From a virus (taxonomy: Duplodnaviria; Caudoviricetes), in IMG/VR virus record IMGVR_UViG_3300037067_023527, positions 48,784 through 112,783 of that record: a stretch of 64,000 nt of DNA; one strand, written 5' to 3'. Position 1 is the stretch's first letter. The number at the start of each line of letters is the position of its first letter. This document shows positions 1-7,696 of this stretch, piece by piece. Both the position numbers and the translations under genes were made by a program. The notes beneath the pieces are model-generated. The model worked only from the letters and a program-made list of their open reading frames with translations. It made no database searches and was not told where the DNA came from.

Positions 1-746
1 GTAACGTCATGGCGTTCCCTGATCGCATTCTACAGCCAAACCATTGGAAGAAACCATGCAGGGTAGCTGTTGGCCTGATGGGAGATATCTTCCACAAAAA
101 AATGTCATTCGGTTTACTTGATCATATCTGGGCAACAATGGGTTGTTGCGAGTTGCCCGATTTACGTCACTTGACCTTCCAGATTCTTACAAAACGTCCT
201 GATCGCATGCTTGAGTATGCAAAATATCGGGCAGAATCTGGAATGGTCTTTGGTTTGCCAAACCTTTGGGTGGGCGTCTCCGTGGAAGATCAGGAAACCG
301 CAAATATACGCATACCAATCCTTAACGATCATATTAAGGCGGTGGTCAAGTTTGTCAGTCTGGAACCATTGCTTGGTCCGGTAATATTTAGAAATGTCCC
401 TGGATTCAATCGAATAGACCTGAATCTGAGAAATTGGTGGATCATCGTCGGCGGTGAGTCAGGCCCAGGATCCCGGCCGATGAATCCCAATTGGGTTAGA
501 TCGATCCGAGATCAGTGCCAAGTGTCAGGTGTGCCGTTTCATTTTAAGGGTTGGGGAGATTGGGCTCAAAACCAATATGTGGCAGGAAATGCGTTTGGAT
601 ATGCCAAGGCTAAACGTACTTTGTTCGATAACTCATCGCATAAGTTCGCCTTTGACGATCAGACAATGATGGAACGCGTTGGCAAGAAAGCCGCCGGCCG
701 AATGCTGGATGGACATGAATGGTTGGAATTTCCGGAGGTAGCATAA
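1..746 (+). CDS. DUF5131 / phage Gp37-Gp68 family protein (probably 5'-truncated by window)
   Basis: Motifs FQILTKRP, WVGVSVEDQ, FVSLEPLLG, WIIVGGESG, VGKKAAGRMLDG. Confidence 0.9.
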   Translation, partial: NVMAFPDRILQPNHWKKPCRVAVGLMGDIFHKKMSFGLLDHIWATMGCCELPDLRHLTFQILTKRPDRMLEYAKYRAESGMVFGLPNLWVGVSVEDQETANIRIPILNDHIKAVVKFVSLEPLLGPVIFRNVPGFNRIDLNLRNWWIIVGGESGPGSRPMNPNWVRSIRDQCQVSGVPFHFKGWGDWAQNQYVAGNAFGYAKAKRTLFDNSSHKFAFDDQTMMERVGKKAAGRMLDGHEWLEFPEVA

Positions 747-973
747 TGGCCTGCAAGGTTACTTTAAAAGACGGTTCGACGATGATCGTCTGCGGCAAGT
801 TCCTTGGTAAACAACAGTATTGCGCTCATTGCGGCCGCCCGGCGAATCTGCTTTGCGATTGGCCTCTTACAAATGGAAAGACTTGCGATCTGCCGATCTG
901 CCCGAACTGCAGCACTCCGGATGGACCAGACAAGGATTATTGCAAGAGTCATATCGTGGAGTCAAAACGATAA
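746..973 (+). CDS. Cys-rich zinc-binding hypothetical protein
   Basis: ATG overlaps upstream TAA, GGAGG RBS; CAHC, LLCD, TCDLPICPNC, YCKSH. Confidence 0.7.
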   Translation: MACKVTLKDGSTMIVCGKFLGKQQYCAHCGRPANLLCDWPLTNGKTCDLPICPNCSTPDGPDKDYCKSHIVESKR

Positions 974-976
974 GAT

Positions 977-1192
977 ATGAAAAATAAATGGGTTAAGATA
1001 AAAGCCGGGGCACGTTGGAGATACATGAATGGAAGTAGGATTTTGGGCGTTGTTACCTGGGCCTTTGACGGATGGGATGCTTTTGTATTAACCCAGCGTA
1101 AATGGCCCAATGGAGTAAGGCAACTCAATACAACTCGAAGATTTTGGGATGCCAGAAGATCTGTTGAAGAGGAGGTCTCGAATGGGAAATAA
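977..1192 (+). CDS. hypothetical protein
   Basis: Tightly packed ORF in operon. Confidence 0.55.
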   Translation: MKNKWVKIKAGARWRYMNGSRILGVVTWAFDGWDAFVLTQRKWPNGVRQLNTTRRFWDARRSVEEEVSNGK

Positions 1193-1481
1193 AACTATAT
1201 TCGACATGGGGAAAAATCTTCACCCTGACCGTTTGGATATACCAATGTTCGAGCCGCCAAAACTTAGCCCAGAGGTTATAGTTGCGTTGGATTATGCAAA
1301 AGAAGGAATGGACTACACGGGTGTGTACGTTCAGCATATTAAGTGGGCTCCGAATCCGGGTCCCTGGTTCCACAATCGTCCATTTGATAGTGGCTACGGC
1401 CCAGTCATTGATCTTAAGCCAGAAGATTACAGTGTGAGCACCGCTCCGGCCGAATTGCCCGAGCACAAGCACAAGGATTGA
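1182..1481 (+). CDS. hypothetical protein
   Basis: GAGGAGG RBS before ATG 1182. Confidence 0.55.
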   Translation: MGNKTIFDMGKNLHPDRLDIPMFEPPKLSPEVIVALDYAKEGMDYTGVYVQHIKWAPNPGPWFHNRPFDSGYGPVIDLKPEDYSVSTAPAELPEHKHKD

Positions 1482-1486
1482 CGCGA

Positions 1487-1789
1487 ATGACTGTCTATGT
1501 CGACAATGCTTTCCTGAAATTTCGCAATATGCTGATGTGTCATCTCGTAGCGGACTCTACGGAAGAACTTTTGGACATGGCCAGGAAAATTGGTGTTAAG
1601 GTCAAATGGATCCAGCATGCCGGGCAGCCGGGAAGAGAGCATTTTGATATTTGCCAGACCAAAAGAAATCTTGCCCTTAAGGCAGGAGCTGTACCGGTAT
1701 CATGGCCAGAGTTGGCTGTTATGCTGAGAACCAGAAAAAATGGAATTTTAGTAACTCCCGCGAAGTCGAAAGACTTGCTGATGCGCTAG
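1487..1789 (+). CDS. DUF4031 family protein
   Basis: MTVYVD, MCHLVADSTEEL, EHFDI, RNLALKAGA signature. Confidence 0.85.
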   Translation: MTVYVDNAFLKFRNMLMCHLVADSTEELLDMARKIGVKVKWIQHAGQPGREHFDICQTKRNLALKAGAVPVSWPELAVMLRTRKNGILVTPAKSKDLLMR

Positions 1790-1921
1790 TGGCTAGTCTC
1801 GCAATACACGCGTGAGCCGGCGCTGGACCGACAAGTGGTAGTCGGAAAAGGCTAAAGGCAGATGGGCCCGCCGCCACCGGAGCCCGTCAATACGGCGAAG
1901 AAAGTGGCGAGACCGCGGGAG
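1755..1921 (+). ncRNA. candidate multi-branched structured RNA (unknown class)
   Basis: CTCCCGCG 1755-1762 pairs with CGCGGGAG 1914-1921; AAGTC-GAAA-GACTT hairpin; GTCTCGC 1796-1802 pairs with GCGAGAC 1907-1913; two internal hairpins. Confidence 0.35.
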
Positions 1922-1941
1922 ACCCAAAATAGGAGAGCAAA

Positions 1942-2415
1942 ATGTCTCTTTACATGGAAAGTACGAAAATCAGCGCAGAAAGAACCGCCCATGAGATTTC
2001 AAATATTCTTATCCAGGCTGGGGCCTCTGCTATCCGGCACGATGTAAAAGAAAAGAAGATTTGCGGTCTTTCATTTACCTTGGAGATCAAAGGGGATCAG
2101 GTTCCATTTACTCTTCCAGTGCGCATCGAACCTATTTTTAGATATCTGCAGAAGAGAATTTCTCCAAGAAATAGGGACAGGAACAAGCCGGCTCAACTTC
2201 TTCAGGCGGAGAGAGTTGCATGGCGCCAACTTCTTCGATGGATACAGGCGCAGGTGGCGCTTATTGATACCGGAATGGTGAAAGCCGATGAGGTTTTCCT
2301 GCCTTACATTCAGACCGGAGTGAACGAAACGCTTTATGAAAGGCTTTCGAGTTGTTCACTATCCAATCTTCATCGTCTTGCTCTTCCATCCGGAAATGAC
2401 AATAAAATAGGTTGA
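1942..2415 (+). CDS. phage hypothetical protein
   Basis: AGGAG RBS; QAERVAWRQLLRWIQAQ..EVFLPY resembles a recurrent phage family. Confidence 0.75.
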   Translation: MSLYMESTKISAERTAHEISNILIQAGASAIRHDVKEKKICGLSFTLEIKGDQVPFTLPVRIEPIFRYLQKRISPRNRDRNKPAQLLQAERVAWRQLLRWIQAQVALIDTGMVKADEVFLPYIQTGVNETLYERLSSCSLSNLHRLALPSGNDNKIG

Positions 2416-2445
2416 CAGTTAGACGTAGTTATACGATAAAGATTC
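2412..2445 (+). promoter_or_regulatory. putative promoter, TTGACAG-N11-TATRCGATARAKATTC class
   Basis: Same arrangement recurs at 61141-61174; upstream of an RBS and gene. Confidence 0.55.
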
Positions 2446-2470
2446 TTATACCACACACTCGGGAGGTTGC

Positions 2471-3034
2471 ATGGAAACAAAGAACGAAACAAGAACTCTG
2501 CCCGTAAAACTGGACGATGTTGAGCGCAAAGCAAAGGCTCTTGAATTGGCCAGGGTGATCAAAGAAAAATCAGACCTCGAAGAAAGTCTCAGCCGGCTTT
2601 CCAATAATATGAAGATTGAAATCAAAACGAGGTCATTGAAGATCAGCATGCTGGCAGAGATTGTTGACAGCGGCATCGAGCGGCGAGAAGTAGAATGTTT
2701 CGAACGCCAGGACCGAGAAAAACTTATTGTCGAGATCGTGCGTTGCGATACCCAGGAAGTCATCCAGACTCGGGAAATGACGCCCAATGAACGGCAACTG
2801 GTTTTATTTCCTAAGGACAAGATTCACCTGGTAGGCGATGATCGCAAAGAACTTAAGGATCTTGCGGACAAGGTTGCCAACAGCGTTGAAAAAGCCCTGA
2901 CGGGAACGGACGGCAACAATCAGAATGAGCACGTCCAGCCGGATAGTCCCGGGGATGACGATCAGACCAAAAAACAACCGCCAGATTCCTCTGGGTCGAA
3001 TAATACCATTGGCCCGGAGGGCGAGGATGAGTAG
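2471..3034 (+). CDS. hypothetical protein with coiled coil, QLVLF motif and acidic tail
   Basis: GGGAGG RBS; long ORF. Confidence 0.7.
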   Translation: METKNETRTLPVKLDDVERKAKALELARVIKEKSDLEESLSRLSNNMKIEIKTRSLKISMLAEIVDSGIERREVECFERQDREKLIVEIVRCDTQEVIQTREMTPNERQLVLFPKDKIHLVGDDRKELKDLADKVANSVEKALTGTDGNNQNEHVQPDSPGDDDQTKKQPPDSSGSNNTIGPEGEDE

Positions 3035-3257
3035 AAGACACAGGAAATGGAGACCGCCCCAAAAGGCTGCTCGCAAAGATCAGAATCGAGCCGATGGAGC
3101 ATGGGAAGTAACGTATGAGTGTGGAGAGATTGTTCCGTTTCCTCCTGCTTCTTCTCAGGATATAGAATCCATTGTGCGGGATCATAAGCATCTTTGCAGT
3201 CGACCTGGATGCCGGCCGTACCACTATATACAGCAGGAAGCAAAAAGATCTTCTTGA
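3027..3257 (+). CDS. hypothetical protein
   Basis: GGAGG RBS, overlapping start. Confidence 0.5.
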   Translation: MSRRHRKWRPPQKAARKDQNRADGAWEVTYECGEIVPFPPASSQDIESIVRDHKHLCSRPGCRPYHYIQQEAKRSS

Positions 3258-3268
3258 GGGGGTAAAAT

Positions 3269-3487
3269 ATGGCGGAATGGGTGCAAACTCCTGAGAGTTC
3301 CCATGTCGTTGCGATTAAATACGAACCCGAAACCCAGGATGTGCACGTTCAATTCAACGATGGATCAGAATATGTTTATTCGAACGTGCCCTCATCGGTG
3401 TGGGAAGAACTGTTGGACGCCGGCTCGAAAGGAAGATTCATAAACATAGTCCTGCGGCGCCGATTTCCGTATTCAAGGATTTCATAA
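3269..3487 (+). CDS. KTSC domain protein
   Basis: SSHVVAIKY..VQFNDGSEYVYSNVP..SKGRFIN pattern. Confidence 0.9.
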   Translation: MAEWVQTPESSHVVAIKYEPETQDVHVQFNDGSEYVYSNVPSSVWEELLDAGSKGRFINIVLRRRFPYSRIS

Positions 3488-3723
3488 TGTCCGGTAATTT
3501 TGGACCGCTTCCAGTGGGAGCGCAAATATTGTGGCAAACTCCCGGGGTTATGCTAATGTACGCCGATGCAAAGGGAGGAATTTGGCGATATCTGTACGAT
3601 TACCACGCAAGATGGCCGGTTGAATTCAACCCGCCGATCGACGTGAAACGACATATTCAGCAAGAACCGGCCGCCAATATCAAACATGGTCTGACCGAGA
3701 AGGAAATCGAGGATCTTATATGA
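3487..3723 (+). CDS. hypothetical protein
   Basis: TAATG coupling. Confidence 0.5.
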   Translation: MSGNFGPLPVGAQILWQTPGVMLMYADAKGGIWRYLYDYHARWPVEFNPPIDVKRHIQQEPAANIKHGLTEKEIEDLI

Positions 3724-4010
3724 CAAACGATGAGGCAATTTTCCTGGGAACGCAAAAATTCCTCGAGAGCAACAAGGAATGGGTTGGAAATCGCATTGAA
3801 AAGGGAGTCGAGTTGGCCACGGCGGAAATAGCAGCAAGCATTGGGCTGCAGATAGCCGCCCGCGTTGGCAAGTTCATGGAAAACAATAAAGCTGATCTTA
3901 TTCTTGCCTACAAGGAGATGAGCGGGAAGGCTTTGCTTGAACAGTTGCGCGAGAAATTACATGACATTCGTACCAGCGAAAAAGCCTTTGATGTCCCTAA
4001 AAAGGATTGA
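3720..4010 (+). CDS. hypothetical protein
   Basis: ATGA overlap, GAGGA RBS. Confidence 0.55.
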   Translation: MTNDEAIFLGTQKFLESNKEWVGNRIEKGVELATAEIAASIGLQIAARVGKFMENNKADLILAYKEMSGKALLEQLREKLHDIRTSEKAFDVPKKD

Positions 4011-4013
4011 GCG

Positions 4014-4367
4014 ATGAATATTGATTTCATAGACATTCTGATTGCAAGCCTCTGTGTGTGGCGCCTGGCGCACATGATAAAATACGAGGCCGGACCATGG
4101 GATATCTTCATCCGGATCAGGGAGAGGCTTGGAACTGGAATGCTGGGGAAATTGATGGACTGCATCTGGTGCAGCTCAGTCTGGCTGGCAATAATATATT
4201 TTGTACCCGGTACAAAATACCTCGTGATCCTGTTGGCAATTTCAGGCTTGGCGATATTACTGGAGGGATTGCATGTCTTGTTGTGGCGGTCAAAAGAGAA
4301 AACAATCACTAATTCTGGCATATCCCCAATTTACCGTGATTTATTTAGGATCAAACCCGACGTATAA
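4014..4367 (+). CDS. DUF1360-like membrane protein
   Basis: WRLAHMI..GPWDIF..LMDCIWCSSVW plus hydrophobic helices. Confidence 0.75.
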   Translation: MNIDFIDILIASLCVWRLAHMIKYEAGPWDIFIRIRERLGTGMLGKLMDCIWCSSVWLAIIYFVPGTKYLVILLAISGLAILLEGLHVLLWRSKEKTITNSGISPIYRDLFRIKPDV

Positions 4368-4485
4368 GGTACAGGGCTCCATGACTCGACAATGGTACCG
4401 ATTCCGTGGACAGAATTTCCAGGTGAAGATGGATAAACGAGATTGGGATTCCATGCAGGATCCAATGCTTAAACGGATATTATGA
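4273..4485 (+). CDS. hypothetical protein (MSCCGG start)
   Basis: GGAGGG RBS; 95-nt overlap with the upstream gene. Confidence 0.55.
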   Translation: MSCCGGQKRKQSLILAYPQFTVIYLGSNPTYKVQGSMTRQWYRFRGQNFQVKMDKRDWDSMQDPMLKRIL

Positions 4486-4676
4486 AAATACACTTAAAAA
4501 CGAAGATCATGCCGGCTCCATTATCGATTTATCGAGGAAGCCGGCGCGGTGGGCTGGGAGCGCCACAGGAGTACCTTCCCGGATGGTGCAACCCACATCG
4601 GAGTTGAATGCCGCAGATGATGGCGCCCGAGCCGGGCTCCGGGCGCAGCGGACAAAACTTAATTCTGGAGGAAAAT

Positions 4677-5021
4677 ATGAAACCAACGATCGGAAGAATA
4701 GTTATTTTCAAGTTGACTGAAGAAATGGCGCACCAGATTAACCGGAGACGGACAATAGGGAGTTCGATCTCTGAAAGGATACAGCGAAATACTCCCAATG
4801 TGACACATTGGCCGCTTGGCGCACAGGCTCACATAGGAAATAACGCCCATCCTGGAGAGGAATATCCTCTGGTGGTAACGCGCGTGTGGCCTGATGAATT
4901 CGGTCCGGACGTTCCCGGAGTGAACGGTCAGGTATTGCTGGATGGCAACGACTGTCTCTGGGTGACAAGCGTTGGCGAAGGGCCAAACGAAGGCCAATGG
5001 CATTGGCCGGAAAGAGTTTAA
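4677..5021 (+). CDS. phage hypothetical protein
   Basis: GGAGG RBS; MKPTIGRIV..VNGQVLLDGND..WHWPERV. Confidence 0.8.
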   Translation: MKPTIGRIVIFKLTEEMAHQINRRRTIGSSISERIQRNTPNVTHWPLGAQAHIGNNAHPGEEYPLVVTRVWPDEFGPDVPGVNGQVLLDGNDCLWVTSVGEGPNEGQWHWPERV

Positions 5022-5028
5022 AAACTAA

Positions 5029-5103
5029 GGCGGGGTGGAGCAGAGGTAGCTCGTTGGGCCCATAACCCAAAGGTCGCGAGTTCAAATCTCGCCCCCGCTC
5101 CCA
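5029..5103 (+). tRNA. tRNA-Met(CAT), initiator type, with C33, G1-U72 and C73
   Basis: Cloverleaf; three G-C pairs in anticodon stem, A11-U24, TTCAAAT T-loop, encoded CCA. Confidence 0.9.
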
Positions 5104-5104
5104 T

Positions 5105-5180
5105 GGGCTGATCGTCCAATTTGGCAAGACACCTGATTTGCATTCAGGAGATCGGGGTTCAAGTCCCCGTCGGTCCACCA
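5105..5180 (+). tRNA. tRNA-Ala(TGC)
   Basis: Cloverleaf, G3-U70 identity pair, anticodon loop TTTGCAT, CCA. Confidence 0.95.
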
Positions 5181-5199
5181 GCAATCATAGGAGCTAACT

Positions 5200-5469
5200 T
5201 TGGCCAAAAAATTCATTCTTAGGCGAATCTATCTATGGTTTCGCGCTCGGTGGATGCTGCACAAGACTCTCATGAATGACAAGACCGCGCTCGAGCTGGT
5301 AAAAGACAGGGAAAAGGCCCTCATGGATAGAGAAGTCCTTAGATTCATTTCGCAACGGCAGTGCAGCGCAGTGCGCCAGGAGCAATGCATTGTGGAGAAG
5401 CCGAAGGATCTAAAAGATTGGTGCCCGCGGTGCATAGCCTTGGATCACTTGGTCAATTATAGGGGATAA
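5200..5469 (+). CDS. hypothetical protein
   Basis: AGGAG RBS, TTG start, WCPRC. Confidence 0.55.
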   Translation: MAKKFILRRIYLWFRARWMLHKTLMNDKTALELVKDREKALMDREVLRFISQRQCSAVRQEQCIVEKPKDLKDWCPRCIALDHLVNYRG

Positions 5470-5470
5470 A

Positions 5471-5809
5471 ATGGAAAAGCTTCAGTCTCCAGACGTCACT
5501 GTCCCTGCCATTGTGCAAGATCCAACGGAGCCGTGTCCGGTATGTTGTTTTGTGCCCACCGGAGGGGATACGCCGATTCTTCTTCGATGGAGAAGGCTAA
5601 CTATAGGCCCGAGAGAAGAAACGGTTTATTGGCTTAGCGATGCCGGAGTATGGATATGCAAGGCTTGTCATCCTCCGGGGCATCCAGATTTGGTCAAAAG
5701 GGAAATAACTATTCGGGGCGTGGCCAAGCGGGAAGGCTCTCGGCCTGGGACTGAGGAATGCGCTGGTCCGAATCCAGCCGCTCCGACCATGGAAGAATTT
5801 ATTATATAG
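5471..5809 (+). CDS. zinc-ribbon hypothetical protein; 3' part reads through a tRNA-Pro-like sequence
   Basis: CPVC..WICKACHPP; GGGGA RBS. Confidence 0.55.
   Translation: MEKLQSPDVTVPAIVQDPTEPCPVCCFVPTGGDTPILLRWRRLTIGPREETVYWLSDAGVWICKACHPPGHPDLVKREITIRGVAKREGSRPGTEECAGPNPAAPTMEEFII
5714..5789 (+). tRNA. tRNA-Pro(TGG)-like, atypical or degenerate (C33, T-loop TCCGAAT)
   Basis: Acceptor CGGGGCG/CGCTCCG-A-CCA; anticodon arm CTCGG-CCTGGGA-CTGAG; T-stem GCTGG/CCAGC; 76 nt. Confidence 0.75.
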
Positions 5810-5818
5810 TGGTGAAGT

Positions 5819-5989
5819 ATGCCGAGAGTAGTAACGAAGCGGTGTAACAGGTGGGGGACTGGCAAAGAACTTGTTGGAAAAAACAAGACTATTGAAAGAT
5901 CCCTTCTTCGCATTGAACGCAGTGATCGTTGGCGCCGAGACAGAAATAAGCGCCGGCGGGAAAGGCAGAAGTTGAATGGAAGACCTTAA
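5819..5989 (+). CDS. small Arg-rich hypothetical protein (56 aa, not in ORF track)
   Basis: GGTGA RBS; fills the gap between neighbours. Confidence 0.4.
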   Translation: MPRVVTKRCNRWGTGKELVGKNKTIERSLLRIERSDRWRRDRNKRRRERQKLNGRP

Positions 5990-6161
5990 GACTGGAGATG
6001 TTGTCAGGTTGAATAGCGGTGGACCTAAAATGACGGTAGAAAAGGTTCTCCTGGACGATCATTCTAACCGTATCATCCGATGCGCTTGGATGGATGATCC
6101 TGGGGCAATGCAGGTTCAAAGGGGTGAGTTTTACGAAGCAGAGGTAAGTAAAATCGCGTAA
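5976..6161 (+). CDS. YodC / DUF2158 family protein
   Basis: GDVVRLNSGGPKMTV..CAW. Confidence 0.9.
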   Translation: MEDLKTGDVVRLNSGGPKMTVEKVLLDDHSNRIIRCAWMDDPGAMQVQRGEFYEAEVSKIA

Positions 6162-6162
6162 G

Positions 6163-6251
6163 GGAAGGGTCGCCTAACGGTATGGCACCCGGTTGCTAAC
6201 CGGACGCTGGGGAAACCCGGCATAGAGGTTCGAGTCCTCTTCCTTCCGCCA
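6163..6251 (+). tRNA. tRNA-Ser(GCT)
   Basis: Long variable arm, loop TTGCTAA, G73, CCA. Confidence 0.93.
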
Positions 6252-6267
6252 ATATCAGGATCAAATA

Positions 6268-6444
6268 ATGAAGAATCTACGTCAAGTATGGGTCATCGAA
6301 GTGAGAGTAAATAAAGGACCATGGATACCGGTTGAATCTAGGCTAACAAGATCTATGGCAAGGACAAGTTGCCATAATCTGCGTCCGCAATTCAACAAAA
6401 GGTTGAGCCGATTGCGGGTTAGTAAATATATTCCGGTTCCATAA
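6268..6444 (+). CDS. small hypothetical protein (58 aa, not in ORF track)
   Basis: AGGA RBS; MKNLRQVWVIEV.. Confidence 0.45.
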   Translation: MKNLRQVWVIEVRVNKGPWIPVESRLTRSMARTSCHNLRPQFNKRLSRLRVSKYIPVP

Positions 6445-6511
6445 TTCAGGGGCCCTGCGAATAGGGAGCGCGGGTAAGCGGAAACTACATCCCTTTAAAA
6501 CGGCCTCTTAA

Positions 6512-6587
6512 GGTTCCATCGTCTAGTGGCCCAGGATGTCTGACTGTCGATCAGAGGACACGGGTTCGAATCCCGTTGGGACCGCCA
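6512..6587 (+). tRNA. tRNA-Asp(GTC)
   Basis: Cloverleaf, loop CTGTCGA, G73, CCA. Confidence 0.95.
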
Positions 6588-6600
6588 AAGGGGAAGTAAA

Positions 6601-6855
6601 ATGGAATACGAAAGAGGCCCATTTTCAATTAAAAGCAGGCCAGTTCCGGATGATACCGTAGATAGATGGTCTGCTTATCCCATCGATAGTCAGATACACA
6701 GGGAACAGAAGCTTCCATGCCTTGTATCTAAGTCTCAGGAGAAGATAAACCAGATGGTCGATTTCGTTCTGGAACTACCGATCGAGGAACGTCCCGACGG
6801 ATCAGACGCGGCGGCTTGGAATAAACTACTCGAGGAGCGCGGAATCATACCGTAA
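6601..6855 (+). CDS. hypothetical protein
   Basis: GGGGA RBS. Confidence 0.55.
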   Translation: MEYERGPFSIKSRPVPDDTVDRWSAYPIDSQIHREQKLPCLVSKSQEKINQMVDFVLELPIEERPDGSDAAAWNKLLEERGIIP

Positions 6856-6861
6856 TGTACC

Positions 6862-7086
6862 ATGCAAAAATTGTTTCAAGTAGGGGTTTTCACGGAATTC
6901 CGCGACGGCCGCAAGCCACTTATCTCTGCCTATACCACTTGGTTCAATCCCGAGTGGGAAGGATGCTGCGTTCATGGAATAAGAGCCAATTCCGGTGCAG
7001 AGGCTAAAAAAATGGCAATCGAAGATCATAAGAAAAGATGCCTGGATAAAATGGAGGCAAAGCATGCCCGGCGCGAAGGGATCTAG
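6862..7086 (+). CDS. hypothetical protein
   Basis: Packed in operon. Confidence 0.5.
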   Translation: MQKLFQVGVFTEFRDGRKPLISAYTTWFNPEWEGCCVHGIRANSGAEAKKMAIEDHKKRCLDKMEAKHARREGI

Positions 7087-7258
7087 AGCGATTCTAACAA
7101 TTAAAGATGCCAGCCTGATGTCGCAAGATAGTCGCAGGGAACTGGCTGCATGGTTGAATCTGCGCGCTGCCAATCTGATTACCAATGGAGCTGGATACGA
7201 AACTATTCAAACATTCGAATATCTAGTGAGGAGAACTGATCGAAAATGTCAGTCCTGA
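7064..7258 (+). CDS. hypothetical protein
   Basis: GGAGG RBS before ATG 7064. Confidence 0.55.
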   Translation: MPGAKGSRAILTIKDASLMSQDSRRELAAWLNLRAANLITNGAGYETIQTFEYLVRRTDRKCQS

Positions 7259-7683
7259 TCGCCTATAAAAACAACCCCGACAAAAAACCCCTCATCGACC
7301 TTCTGGATGAACCAATTCATCTCGTACTGGCCAAAGACATGGCCGAAGCCCGTTTCATCTGTCAGGGAGATCTGAAAAACTGCGAAACCAATATCTTTGA
7401 GGGGAAAGAGGTTAAGAACTGGAGGGATCCTGTTTTTCCGTGGGATGTTACAGTTGATCTTATCACCTGCAGTGATCTTATCCAGAAATACGGCGGCCAA
7501 AGAGAGGCGACGATCGCCTATTTAGAAGATCGTATGACGCCATCGGAAGAGTTGGCGGTTGCCATGAAGTTCAGTCAGGCAATCGTGCTCACCTTTGCCG
7601 CGGAACACTTCTCCAGGAAGATAGCCGAATTTCTCCGGGTTATCCGGGAAGCCAAGGATAGATGCAAGGTTCCGATGGGCTAA
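7246..7683 (+). CDS. hypothetical protein
   Basis: GAGGAG RBS; 145 aa. Confidence 0.6.
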   Translation: MSVLIAYKNNPDKKPLIDLLDEPIHLVLAKDMAEARFICQGDLKNCETNIFEGKEVKNWRDPVFPWDVTVDLITCSDLIQKYGGQREATIAYLEDRMTPSEELAVAMKFSQAIVLTFAAEHFSRKIAEFLRVIREAKDRCKVPMG

Positions 7684-7696
7684 ACGAGACAAATCA

